Assembly: GCA_963786105.1 (NCBI GenBank)
Contig: CAWAXX010000024.1
Span: forward strand, 32,001 to 96,000
From: Vulcanimicrobiota bacterium
Lineage (GTDB): Bacteria > Vulcanimicrobiota > Vulcanimicrobiia > Vulcanimicrobiales > Vulcanimicrobiaceae
Length of the DNA: 64,000 nucleotides
Direction: 5' to 3'
Shown piece by piece: positions 40,234-51,439 of the stretch (within the stretch, counting starts at the first letter, position 1; the number at the start of each line of letters is the position of its first letter). Below the pieces are notes generated by a model, which was given only the letters and a program-made list of their open reading frames with translations, was not told the DNA's origin and did no database searches. Position numbers and translations under genes: made by a program.

Positions 40234-42294
40234 TCAGGATGACAGGCCGGCGGTGCGCAGCACGTCGTCGAGCCGTTGGGCGACCGCGCTCGGTGTGAAT
40301 TGTGCGGCGATCGCGCGGCCGGCTTCGGCAAGGGCGTTCCACGATACCGCATCCTCGTGAAGGCGCACGATGCGCGCGGCCAACTGCTCCGGCGCGGCGT
40401 CGATCGCATCGTATTCTCCGAAATCGAAGATGCCTTCGGCACCGACCGGCGTCGTGACCACCGGGATGCCCCGCGCCAGCGCGTAGATGATTTTCCCTTT
40501 CAGGCCCGCGCCGAATCGAATCGGTGCGGCGAAGACGCGAGCCCGCGCGAGCAGCGCCGTCAACGTCCGCAACGTAGCCCGTTACCTCAACGTTGGGCTG
40601 CGCCAGCGCGCGCACCGCGCGCGTCGGATCCGCGCCCGCAAGCGTGAGGTGCACGCCGGGTAGCCGCTGCCGCACCAGCGGCATGATCGCCGTGGCGAGC
40701 CAACAGGCGGCATCGACGTTCGGCGCGTGCGCGTAGTTTCCAAGAAACACGATGCCGCGTCGCGATTCCCACCCGGGCAGCTTCTCGGTAACGGCCGGCT
40801 CGATCACCGGAATGTCGCAGACGCGCGCGATGCCGTCCGCGCGAAGCCGATCGCGCTCGGGTACGCCGGTCGTTACGGTAACGTCGGCGGCGCGTGCGAG
40901 GAGCAGTTCCCGCTGCTGCATCGACTGCCAACGCGTGCGCGTGCCGCGTACCTCTTGTTCTCGCCGGAGACGCACGTAGTGAAGATCCACGGTGTCGAAC
41001 ACGATACGTCGGGTCGAAGTTCCGGCGGAATGCCGATAAGACGCGTGCGGCCGGTCCTTGCCGGCACAACCAGGCAGCGTCGACGGCGATGTGGAGCCGT
41101 TTCAACGCGGCGACCGAATCCGGGCCGAACCCGCAGATCAGCTCGGTGCCGAGATCGCGAAGAACGTCGGAATAGGGCTGATAGTCGTTGCGATCGAGGC
41201 TGCCGAAGATGACGTGCCATCCGCGTTTGCGCAGGAGCTCGATCAGAAAGAAGATGCGACGCGATCCGGCGTCTCGGTCGGTAAAAGGCACGTGCTCGTC
41301 CACGACGACGATCGTGCGCGTGCCGGACAGCCGCCGCGCGGCGCGCTCGATCTGCTCGGGGTTCGGCTCCATGTGGTCGCGCAACGCGTCGTGCCATTTG
41401 GCAGCGAATCGGTGGCGGCTGCGCTCCTGCATCGCGCGCGCCTCTTCGCGCAGGTTGCTGCCGTAGCTCGCGCCTTCCACATGATCGACGATCGAACGAG
41501 GCTGATACCGTATCCGGTAGCCTTTTGCGCGTAGCGCGAAGCACAAGTCGGTGTCTTCGTAGTAAGCCGGCGCCAAGTCGGATGCGAATCCGCCGGCTTC
41601 CGTAAACGCACTCGTTCGCACCATGAGGCTGGCGGCGGAGCCGTAATCCACGTCGCGAGGAGTGCGATAGCGCCAGTCGCCCGGCGAATCTCCGCGTCCG
41701 TAGTTCGACCCCTGAGCGTCGCGCCATACAACGCCGCCGGCGTCGGCAAGCGAGCCGTCGGGATACCGAAGCTGCGAAACGACGGCGCCGATGCGCTCGT
41801 CGCTCCCAAACGCATCGAGCAGCGGTCGCAACCAGCCATTTTCGACGAACGCATCGTTATTGAGAAAATGCAGGTACGCACCGCGCGCCACCGCCGCGCC
41901 GGCGTTACACGCGGCGGCGAATCCTCCGTTACGCTCGAGCCGAACGACCCGAATACCGGTGCATCGTTCGAGAAGTTCCGGCGTTCGATCGGTTGAGGCG
42001 TCGTCGACGACAATGACTTCCGATGAGATAGTGGAATCGTTTGCGCGCGCGAGCGCTCTCAGACATCCGTTCGTGTAGCGCCATTGATTGAAAACCGGAA
42101 CGACGATCGAGACGAGCGGAGCGTCGCGAGCGCTTGGGAACTCGACCGGAGAAGGTGTCGCCGGCAGGTGCCAGGCACGGCGAACGGCGCGCGCGCGCCG
42201 GATGGCCGCAGCTCTCGCGACGACGCGCCCGCGCAGCCACCGCTGCGCGCGTTGAAGGAAGACCAGGGGACCGTGCGCTACCCCGACGCTCCAA
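40234..42294 (-). CDS. Bifunctional GT2-GT4 glycosyltransferase (several frameshifts)
   Basis: VSIVVPVFN..VDDAS..GFAAACN..FLNND, AYYEDTDLC, FDTVDLH and GAGLKGKIIYALARGIPVVTT occur across joined frames. Confidence 0.85.
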
Positions 42295-42300
42295 GCTTTT

Positions 42301-42846
42301 CTAAATATAGCCCACCCGGATCAGCATGATGCTGAGTTCGCGCCGGTCGTCGTTGAGACCGATGTTCTTCGGTACCCATTTTATCGACATCGCCAGCGAC
42401 GCGGCGAGATGGCGCTTCGGTCGAAGCGACGGCGGAATCGTGACGGTCACGTCTTGCATGCCGGGCGATAGCTCCGCCGGCGGTCCGGCCGGTTTTCCAT
42501 TGAAGCGAACGATGACGCGTTCGCGATTCTTCGTGAGTGGTTCGACCGACGGAATGTAAAAGGTGAAGACCGCGAGTTGCGAACCGGGCGGATTGTCGAG
42601 CACCAGCAGTGAGGTTCCGGCGAGGAAGCAGCACGTCTTGGCCGTTTCCGCCGGATAAATTCCCGTTCGTCGCGAGCTTGCCCAATCCGCAGGCGGCACG
42701 ATCCCGGCGGGATAGATTGCGGCCGGCGCAGCGGTGCCGCTACTTCCTTCAGCCGTCGCTTCGCTCCGTTCGTGCGAACAGGCGGCGAGAAGCGCTATCG
42801 AAGCGAGCAGCACGGCGCGGATGCAAGTGGCGAGCGCATTCGTCAT
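42301..42846 (-). CDS. Lipoprotein of unknown function (CC motif; C-terminal DDRRELS)
   Basis: Lipobox LLAAC. Paralogous to the upstream gene (GIY.....TCCFLA). Confidence 0.7.
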   Translation of the reverse strand: MTNALATCIRAVLLASIALLAACSHERSEATAEGSSGTAAPAAIYPAGIVPPADWASSRRTGIYPAETAKTCCFLAGTSLLVLDNPPGSQLAVFTFYIPSVEPLTKNRERVIVRFNGKPAGPPAELSPGMQDVTVTIPPSLRPKRHLAASLAMSIKWVPKNIGLNDDRRELSIMLIRVGYI

Positions 42847-42856
42847 CGGTAACCGC

Positions 42857-43454
42857 CTATTTGAAGTAGAGGTAGAGGACGACCACGCCGAGATGCCGCG
42901 TGTCGCCCTCGCTGTCGGCAGATCGCAGGCGAAGGAGCGACAGCAGTGAACGCGAGGGCGGGTTGTCCCGGCTTGGAACGTAATCGACCGCGCTGGCGAC
43001 CGCGATCGGTACCAATCCCGTCGTGCGGCGAAGTCTTTTCGGAAGCGGTATCGCGAGCGTTAGTTGCTGGCCGGGCTGCAGACTCCGGCGGAGCCGCGGC
43101 GCGGAGTCGCCGGGAAGAGAAATCGTCACCACTTGACCGCCGGAAAAACGCGGGACGTTAGGGACTCGAAAACCGCCGATGAGTTCGCTCGCCGGGCCGC
43201 GTTTGCGCACCAAGAGCGTCGCGCGCGGCGCGATCCAGCAACAGGAAAATGCCGCCGAGCCTTCCAGATATAACCCGTTGAACGCTGCCGGACCGTCGCC
43301 CACGTTGGTGGGAACGGCAACGTCCGGCGGTGCGATCGTGCCGTGAAGATGAAAAGACGACGTATCGTAAACGGCGTCGCGCGGTCCACAAGCGGAAAGC
43401 AGCGCCACGCCGAGGATTGCGAACGCGAACGCGAACGAGCGGGAAGGCTTCCAT
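42857..43454 (-). CDS. Lipoprotein of unknown function (CC motif; C-terminal DTRHLG)
   Basis: Lipobox LLSAC and GLY.....SCCWIA. ATG 43454 needs removal of one G to read MKPSRSF. Confidence 0.65.
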
Positions 43455-43480
43455 AGCGCAGTCGCGCAAAGGGCGAATCG

Positions 43481-45478
43481 ATGCTGGCACTGACGCATTT
43501 CGTAGTAGGGCTCGCCATCGCACATGTAACGTTGCTCGTCTTCTTTTTGATTGGCGCAGCGGCCTTCCCGTGGTGTGATTCGGTGGACGATGCAGAGCGT
43601 CCGTCGCGCATCATGATGCGCGTAGCGTGCACCTGCGCGCTGGGAATGGCGATCGCCGGTCTGGCGCTGTTCCTCGCCGGCACGCTCGGACTGCTCACGA
43701 TCGCGGGGATCGCCGTAACCCTTGCGGCGGCATTTTCGGTCGCGTGCGTCGCCGCGCGGCGTTCGCCGTTCCGAGCGGCGTTTTGGCGAGCTCGCGTTCG
43801 CGCGCTGACGCGCTGCTGGAGTTGGCCGCTGGCTGCGGTCTACGTCGCGCTGATCGTCATTGCCACGCGAGCGGTCATTCCCGAAGGCACGGGATACTCC
43901 GACGCGATCTTCTACCACCTCGCGTACGCGCAGGATTGGGCCAACGCCGGCCGGCTGGTCGTCGACCCGTACATGGCGTTCATCTTTTATGCCAATAATT
44001 TCTTGCTGCTGTTCGCCGCGTGGATCGTGCTGGGTGCCGGTGCCTACGCGCAGTTTTTAACGTGGTCGACCGGCCTGTTGATGGCGCTCGCGCTCTACGC
44101 GGCCATCGACGATTCGAACTATTCGCGAAAAAATGCCGGTTGGCACGCGGTCATCGGCCTGCTCGCCGTCTTTTCCGTCATCTCGGCTGCGATCTTTCTG
44201 GACTATTCGGTGCTAGGATACATCGACGTTCCGATCGGCGCGATGGCGCTGCTCTCCGTCGTCGCCGTTGTGCTGGCGATACGCGACCGGAAACCCCAAT
44301 GGCTGATCGCGGCCGCGACGATCGCCGGGTTTCTCGTCGGTATGAAAGCGTCGTTCGTTCTGTTGACGCCGATTTTCTTCGTTGGGCTCGTGTGGGGCGG
44401 ATTGGCAATCGGCATGCGACGGACGGCGATCGCCGGCGTGCTAGCGGTCCTGTGCGCGGTCGCCGCGCCGTGGTACGTGCGCAACTGGATACTGGCAGGC
44501 GACCCCATCGCACCGGCGCTCAACATCGCGTTGCATGGGAACGACGGTCTCTGGAGGGTCGCGGAATGGAATGGGCTGTGGCAAGACATGGCGACGTCGA
44601 GATCGCCCAAGGCCTTCCTCACCCTCCCCTTGCGGGCGTATCTGCATCCGCTTTCGGCCGACTTCCGCGAATACGGGGCCTCTGGGCTCGTGCTTTTCCT
44701 CTACGTTCCTGCAATCGTCGCGATTCTGGTCGCGTCGTTTCGGCGGCGCATTCCGGCCGAATTGGCCATCCCGATATTCATCGTGTCGGCATTCGCGCTG
44801 TACTGGTTCGGGACGACCTCGTTGTTACGCTACGCATTGTTGTTCTATCCGCTTCTCGCCTTGTGCGTGGGCATGCTGCTGATACAACTGATAGCGTTAC
44901 GGCCCAAACTGGCGCCCCTCGCGCTCGCACTGGCCGTCGTGGCCGCCCTGCCCGTCTTTTCGAGTCTGCGCCCTGACGGAGACTTCATTCAGAACGACCT
45001 TTTGAGCGAGGCGCACGCATTTCTGCACTACGCCGGCGAGCAAGCGTTTCTCAACGAGAACGACGAGGGTTACGCCGACCAGCAGCTGGCCGCTGCCTGG
45101 ATGCGGCGTCATGGATATTCGGGCAACGTTTTCGTGATCAGCGATAACGCGTTCGATTACTATTTTCGCCGCAACGGCATCACGAGCATCGGCAACTGGA
45201 CCGGGCCTGCCGGGTGGTTTCGATTGCTTCAAGCAATCGATGCCGGCGAAGCCGCCGAGTTTCTCAACGGCCTTGGAACGCGGGCCGTGTTTCTTAGCCC
45301 GCAACAGTTGATCGACAGCGGTGTCGAGCACGTGCTGGTCGAGCAGCTCGAAAGCGCGGGCTACCGCGAGGTCCCGATGACCCCCGGCAGCGTCTACCAC
45401 TTTTACGTGCGTGCCGCCGAGCCTAACCTCGGCCGGGTGAAACCTTCGTCATACGAGGAAAACGCCGGTAAAGGTTGA
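43481..45478 (+). CDS. Polytopic membrane protein, GT-C/ArnT-like glycosyltransferase
   Basis: More than 12 hydrophobic segments. Motifs DAIFYHL, GYIDVP, GMK, PWYVRNWILAGDPIAP and LRY. Confidence 0.72.
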   Translation: MLALTHFVVGLAIAHVTLLVFFLIGAAAFPWCDSVDDAERPSRIMMRVACTCALGMAIAGLALFLAGTLGLLTIAGIAVTLAAAFSVACVAARRSPFRAAFWRARVRALTRCWSWPLAAVYVALIVIATRAVIPEGTGYSDAIFYHLAYAQDWANAGRLVVDPYMAFIFYANNFLLLFAAWIVLGAGAYAQFLTWSTGLLMALALYAAIDDSNYSRKNAGWHAVIGLLAVFSVISAAIFLDYSVLGYIDVPIGAMALLSVVAVVLAIRDRKPQWLIAAATIAGFLVGMKASFVLLTPIFFVGLVWGGLAIGMRRTAIAGVLAVLCAVAAPWYVRNWILAGDPIAPALNIALHGNDGLWRVAEWNGLWQDMATSRSPKAFLTLPLRAYLHPLSADFREYGASGLVLFLYVPAIVAILVASFRRRIPAELAIPIFIVSAFALYWFGTTSLLRYALLFYPLLALCVGMLLIQLIALRPKLAPLALALAVVAALPVFSSLRPDGDFIQNDLLSEAHAFLHYAGEQAFLNENDEGYADQQLAAAWMRRHGYSGNVFVISDNAFDYYFRRNGITSIGNWTGPAGWFRLLQAIDAGEAAEFLNGLGTRAVFLSPQQLIDSGVEHVLVEQLESAGYREVPMTPGSVYHFYVRAAEPNLGRVKPSSYEENAGKG

Positions 45479-46448
45479 CGAGCAGTTCGTGGCTCGTCTT
45501 CTGCGCGAACTGGACGTCGTACATCAAGGCGTTGAGGATCAACTGGAATCCCATCAGGAAGGGCAGGACGGCGAGCATGACCGTTCCGGTCGTGCGCGAT
45601 TCGTGCGTGATCGAGCTCACGATCCACTGATACGTTCCCCATCCGCCGCCTGCCAGCAACAGCAAGATGCCGAACACTAGAGTAAATTGAGCCCAAGTTG
45701 ACGTCGAAGATGAAGTATTGCAGCATGATGCGCCGCAGCATCAGCCGGAACAGCTTCGGCGGAAACTCCCCCAGCACGGCGGGAATCGAAAGCGAGCTTC
45801 GCGCGCCGGTGTAAATCGTCGGCATCTCGAGCTCGAGGATCGGAAGCCGCTTCAACCCCAGTTCGCAGAGCACGGAGATCTCGAAAAAATACGAATCGGC
45901 AAACGACTGCCAGGGGAGTAACGCCAGCAGCGCGGCGTTAAAGGCGATATAGCCGTTGGTCGGATCGATGACGTTCCAGTATCCCGACGCGAACTTTGCG
46001 AGAATCGAAAGCACGGCGTTGCCGAACAAGCGCCGCCGCGGCATCCGCAGAGACGACGGAAGAGTCGAAGAACCGATTTCCCTTGATGCACACCAGCGTC
46101 GCGTCGGCCTCGAACAGATCGCGAATGATGCCGATGAATGACGCATCCATTTGCCCGTCGGCATCGAGCTTCACGATCAGATCGGCGCCGTTATCGATGC
46201 AAAATGCGATGCCGGTTTTCATGGCCGCGCCGACGCCCCCGTTCCGATCGCGCCGAAGCACGCGTACGTTTTCGACGGTGCTGGAAGGCCGCTTCGGCGA
46301 CCGACCCCGAGCCTTCGGGGCAGCCGTCGTCGACGACGACGATCTCGTCGGCGAATTGGAGAGCCTGCCCGACGACGTTGGCGATCGTATCGGCGGCGCG
46401 AAACGCGGGAATGACGCAAAAGAGCCGCTGCCGGCTCGCGCCTTCCAC
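45423..46448 (-). CDS. Polyprenol-phosphate glycosyltransferase (GT2, DPM/ArnC-like; frameshifted)
   Basis: Motifs VIPAF, VVDDGCPEGS, NGGVGAAMKTG, VKLDADGQMD, KGNRF and DPTNGY. Two C-terminal TM helices. Confidence 0.82.
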
Positions 46449-46460
46449 CCTGGAGCCTAC

Positions 46461-47273
46461 CTACCTCGGCGGCGAACTAGCGGGCGGGTTCGCGGGCGCG
46501 GGGCTCGCGAGCGGAACGCTTGCCGTGGCGCCGAGTCCAAGTTTTGCGCACATCAGCTGCATGCTGGTGGTGGCGGCCGCGCATCCGTCGGTCAACTGCG
46601 TAAAGAGCTCGTTCACGACCCGATCGAGCGCGTCGCGGGTCGTCGTTGCGTCGTTGACCGGCGGCAAATCTGAAGCACCTTGGCCCGACGCAAAGGCTAG
46701 TGCAGCGAAATCTACCGCACTGGTATTGTGAGGATTGAAGGCGAGGATGCCTGCCGCGGTTGTTTCGAGACGCAACCCATTACGCGAGCCGTAGCCCGTA
46801 AGATCGCCGGATATCCACGTGATGGTCGGTTTCCTAAAGCCCGCAGCTTTGCACGAAACGAGTTGAGCGTTGGCTGCCACCTTGGCCCAGCCGTGCACCC
46901 AGATGACAAAAGGATCCTGGGCTGTGTAGGTGTTTGTGCTCTCGATAATGATCCCACCGAGGACTTGCGGGCCCTTGGAGTTTTCCAATCCGGGATCGTT
47001 CAAGCATTGATCGCCAAGGTCGTTCGGGCCCCAGGAGAGCCGGGGAACCACCCAAACCGAACCAGGCCCGCTTACGCGATCGAAGAGCGCCTGCACGCGG
47101 CCCGCGACCTTATGCGCCAATGCGGCGACGCTGGCGTCGTTGCCCGGAACGAGGACGTAAAAGGTTGGAGCTGCGCTGGCGAGTTCGTTGTCGGCCCGTG
47201 CCGGCAAACCGCCGTTGATAAACAAGATTAACGCCATCATTATGGCCGCCCCGGTACCGCCGTAATGTCTCAT
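46461..47273 (-). CDS. Secreted hypothetical protein
   Basis: Signal peptide ending PARA, paired cysteines and a Pro-rich tail. Start placed at MRHYGG. Confidence 0.55.
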   Translation of the reverse strand: MRHYGGTGAAIMMALILFINGGLPARADNELASAAPTFYVLVPGNDASVAALAHKVAGRVQALFDRVSGPGSVWVVPRLSWGPNDLGDQCLNDPGLENSKGPQVLGGIIIESTNTYTAQDPFVIWVHGWAKVAANAQLVSCKAAGFRKPTITWISGDLTGYGSRNGLRLETTAAGILAFNPHNTSAVDFAALAFASGQGASDLPPVNDATTTRDALDRVVNELFTQLTDGCAAATTSMQLMCAKLGLGATASVPLASPAPANPPASSPPR

Positions 47274-47351
47274 CGGCTCTAAGGTTAGCAGGCGTGAGGA
47301 AACTTTCCTGTGCGACGGGGGCAAGAGCTCCGCAGGCTGAAAATACGTTTC

Positions 47352-48825
47352 ATGCATGCGAAGCCGCTCGAAAGAACGTATGCCGGGCGTCTCGCTCAGG
47401 AGCGCCGCCGTTTCGACTTGGTGTCGGAGTTCGACGATTTGCCGCCGATCTATCACTATTGGTCGAACACGTTCGTGCGCGCGATGCTCGAACGCCTGGG
47501 CTGCTCGTCGCCCCCGAGCTTCCTCGCCCATTATCTTCGGGTGAGCGCCGAGCGCTGCCAGTCCAAACAGCCCGGTGTTTTTGAGCATTGGTTCGGGGGA
47601 CGGCAATAACGAGCTGGAGATCGCCCAGCTTCTCAAGCGAAGCGGCCAGGACGACTTCCGAATCGAGTGCTTGGAACTCAACGCGACGCTGATCAAACGC
47701 GCGGCCAAGGAAGCCCGAGAAGCCGGACTGGCATCGCACCTCTCGTTCGTGCGGCAAGACTTCAACAAGTGGCGCCCGAGACGCACGTACCAGGGCGTCG
47801 TCGCGAACCAGTCGTTGCATCACGTGACGAATTTGGAAGGTCTCTTCGACGCCGTTGGGCGTGCCCTCGAACCGCGGGCGCTCTTCGCGATCAACGACAT
47901 CATCGGCAGAAACGGACATCAGCGGTGGCCGGAAGCGCACCATTTGGTCGAGCGGTTTTGGAAGAAGCTTCCGATATCGCACCGGTTTCAACATCAATTC
48001 AAGCGCTACGAGGATCGTTTTAGCGACTGGGATTGTTCGTCGGTCGGCTTCGAAGGAATTCGCGCGCAAGACGTACTGCCTTTGCTTCTCGAGCGATTTC
48101 ACTTCCACGCGTTCGTCGGATACGGGAACGTGGTCGATCCGTTCGTCGACCGGGGATTCGGGCCGAACTTCGATGCCGGCGCCCAGTGGGACCGCACCTT
48201 TATCGATTGCGTGCACGCCTGCGACGAACGCGCACTGCAAGACGGCTATCTCACGCCGACGCACGTGCTGGCGGTGGTGGCCAACGAGCCCACCGAATCC
48301 CCCTACTACGCGCGAGGTCTCACGCCGCAGGCGGCCGTGCGGCCGCCCGATCGTGTCGTAAGCGACGCCGACGTCGAAGCGATGGACCGGGCACTATCGG
48401 TGTACTTCGACATTCCCCCGGTATCGACGGAAAAAGCCGGCGGCCCCGGCGTGCGGCTTCCGCTCGTCGGTTGCGTCGCGCAGGACGGCGACGCCGAAGG
48501 CGCGTTCGAGGATGGATGGGCTTCGTCGGCGCTGACCTTTTCGGTCGTTCCGGAACGAGACGTTTCCGGGGTGAGCGTTCACGCCACCATCGCCGAAGGA
48601 ATTGCTCCCGGCACCGACTTCTCCGCCGACGTCAACGGATTTCAAACGAGCGTTGCTCCCACCACGCGCGGCCTCGCGCTGCACTGTCCGGTACGGCTGC
48701 TGCGAGGGGTGCGCGCGAAAATTCACCTAGCCGTCGGCGCGACGGCGAATCTGAAGGAGCTCGGGTTGGGCAGCGACGAGCGCGAGCTCGGCTTTCACCT
48801 CGACGACGTCGTTTTCGAACCCTAG
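47352..48825 (+). CDS. Class I SAM methyltransferase with a C-terminal domain homologous to that of Wzt (frameshift near 47575)
   Basis: Motifs LPPIYHYWSN, FLSIGSGDG, QDFN, NQSLHHV, IGRNGH and FEGIRAQD. C-terminal RLPLVG..EDGW..DERELG. Confidence 0.82.
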
Positions 48826-48832
48826 CGAGGCG

Positions 48833-49616
48833 CTAGACGTACTCCCCTAACGAGTCCCGGTGACGGTTGAAGTAGACCAGCGACAGCAGCAGGATGACGA
48901 TGGCGAAGCCGGCCGAGAACGCCAAGTTGCGCCAGCCCGGCATGGTTCCGTAGTAGAAGACGTCCTGATAGGTCGCAATCATTGCGGCGACCGGGCTATA
49001 TTCCACCAAGAACTGCAGGCTCGGCGGTACGACGAATCGCGCGTAAAAGATCGGCGTCAGAAAGAAGACGGCGAGCAGCGCATACCCGATCGAGTTGCTG
49101 AAGGTCGCGGTAGAATACGTTGGCCGTGGCAACGAAAAACGAAAACCCCAGCGCCATGCAAAGTTCGATCAGCGCCAAAAGCGGCAGAAACAGGACCGCC
49201 CAGACGACGTTCACGCCAAACGCCATGCAGACCGGCACGAGCAGGACGGCGGTGATCAAAAAGTTGACGCCGTTCGAAAGCACCGGGACGATTACCAGAA
49301 GTTCCGTCGGCAGAAGCGTCTTCCCGACGTATGCCCGTCCGTCGAGAATCGCGGTAACGGCCTGCGCGATCGCGCCCTGAAACCAAATCCACGGGACCAT
49401 GCCGCTGAGCAAGTACAGCGGGAACAGGCGTATCGGCGACTTCAGATAGATCGAAAAGACGAGGGTGTAGATGAGCATGAAAATGATCGGGTTGAGCAGC
49501 GTCCACACGAACCCCAGCGCGGAGCCGCGATAGCGCACGAGGACGTCGCGTTTGACCAGCTCGTAGAGCAGCCAGCGGTAGCGCACCACCGAGCGCACGC
49601 TCGCGCGAATACTCAA
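48833..49616 (-). CDS. wzm: Polysaccharide ABC exporter permease (frameshift near 49085)
   Basis: Motifs [30 protein letters not shown] and FFLTPIFY. Confidence 0.92.
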
Positions 49617-50366
49617 CGCGCACCAACTTCACGAAGGGCCGGGGTTTCCGCGCGCGACCCTGCCACCAGCGTACCGGCGCGGAATAGCGATTCGAACTGT
49701 CCGGCGTCCGCCCACCAGCCTTCGAGCACGTCGTATTGCAGCTCGCCGGCGTGGATATAGGCGTTGTTGACGTCGGTGATCTCGAGCTCGCCGCGCTCGG
49801 ACGGTTTGAGATCGGCGGCAGAACTCGAAAACCTTACGGTCGTACATGTAAATCCCAGTCACTGCATAGCGGCTTTTCGGGTGCGATGGTTTCTCTTCGA
49901 TGCGCACAATCCTGTCGCCGCTCAACTGCGGGCAACCGAAACGCTCCGGATCGGTCACGTCCTTTAGCAGGATTCGAGCTCCGGTCTCCTGCGCCTCAAA
50001 CTTTCGGACGTACGGCGCGATGGAATCCTGAACGATGTTGTCGCCCAGAATCACCACGACGGGGCCGCCGTCGGCAAAGTGCTCGCAAAGTTTGAGGGCG
50101 TCGGCAATGCCGCCTTCGGTATCTTGGTAGGTGTAGTGAAGGTCTTTAAGACCAAACTCCTTACCGTTGCCGAGCAGGCGCAGAAAATCGCCGGCCGAGT
50201 TCCCTCCGGTCACGATCATGATATCGTCGATGCCGGCGTCGCAGAGCGTCTCGATCGGATAGTAGATCATCGGCCGATCGTAAACCGGCAAGAGATGCTT
50301 GTTGGTGACTTTGGTAAGCGGACGCAATCGGGAACCCAGCCCACCCGCGAGGATCACACCCTTCAT
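49613..50366 (-). CDS. rmlA: Glucose-1-phosphate thymidylyltransferase (frameshift near 49815)
   Basis: Motifs [34 protein letters not shown] and [12 protein letters not shown] and WWADAG are in the shifted frame. Confidence 0.92.
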
Positions 50367-50378
50367 GGTTGTGTCCGG

Positions 50379-51389
50379 CTACCGGTTCGCATACTGGCGT
50401 TTATAGTAGTCCATAAACTCGCGCCCCCGCAACGGCCGCCACCACGACTCGTTCGCCTGGTACCATTCGATGGTGTCGCGCAAGCCGCGTTCGAAACCAA
50501 CGCGCGGCTCCCAGCCCAGCGCGCGCGCTTTCGCACAGTTGACGGCGTAGCGCCGATCGTGACCGGCCCGGTCTTCGACGTACTTTACGTGGGTGTCCAT
50601 GGAGCGGTCGCATCCGGCAACGAGCCGTTCGGTAATCTCGCGGTTGGTGCGCGCGTTGCCGCCTCCAAGGTTGTAAACGTTGCCGATCTCTCCGTTTTCG
50701 AGGACGTGCAGGATGCCGCGCGCGTGATCCTCGGCGTGCAGCCAGTCGCGAACCTGAAGGCCGTCGCCGTACACCGGAACGGGCTGGTCGTCGATGAGGT
50801 TCGTAACGAACAGCGGGATGAGCTTTTCGGGATGTTGGAACGGACCGTACGTGTTCGACCCGCGCGTAATCAACACCGGGCTATCGAAAGTCGTCCGGTA
50901 CGCCAAGACCTGAAGATCGCCGCCCGCTTTGCTTGCGCTGTACGGGCTACGCGGCTGCAGCGGGTCGGTCTCGAGCGATTCGCCCTCGGCGACGTCGCCG
51001 TACACCTCGTCGGTGGAGACTTGGAGATAGCGGCCGACGTCGTGCTTGCGCACGGCTTCGAGCAAGACGTGGGTTCCCAGAATGTCGGTGCGCAAGAAGG
51101 CTTCCGGTTCGAGGATCGATCGATCGACGTGCGTCTCGGCCGCGAAATTCACGATCGCATCGACGCCGTCGCGAACGGCTTCGCGAACGGCGGACGCATC
51201 GCAGATGTTCCCGTGAATGAAGGTGTAGCGAGAATCGCTTTCGACGTCTGTCAGGTTTGCCCGATTCCCTGCGTAGGTCAGCGCGTCGAGATTGACGATC
51301 TGCGTCGCCGGCCGCTCCTGGAGCACCAAACGAACGAACGTCGACCCAATAAAACCTAAGCCGCCCGTGACGAGGATACGAGATAGCAC
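50379..51389 (-). CDS. rmlB: dTDP-glucose 4,6-dehydratase
   Basis: Motifs TGGLGFIGS, DALTYAGN, FAAETHVDRSI, STDEVYG, PYSASK and GHDRRYA. Confidence 0.96.
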   Translation of the reverse strand: MLSRILVTGGLGFIGSTFVRLVLQERPATQIVNLDALTYAGNRANLTDVESDSRYTFIHGNICDASAVREAVRDGVDAIVNFAAETHVDRSILEPEAFLRTDILGTHVLLEAVRKHDVGRYLQVSTDEVYGDVAEGESLETDPLQPRSPYSASKAGGDLQVLAYRTTFDSPVLITRGSNTYGPFQHPEKLIPLFVTNLIDDQPVPVYGDGLQVRDWLHAEDHARGILHVLENGEIGNVYNLGGGNARTNREITERLVAGCDRSMDTHVKYVEDRAGHDRRYAVNCAKARALGWEPRVGFERGLRDTIEWYQANESWWRPLRGREFMDYYKRQYANR

Positions 51390-51439
51390 CGCCGTAGCAC
51401 CCGCACTTCTATTAGAAGAACTAATCGTAAGACCGTCCC

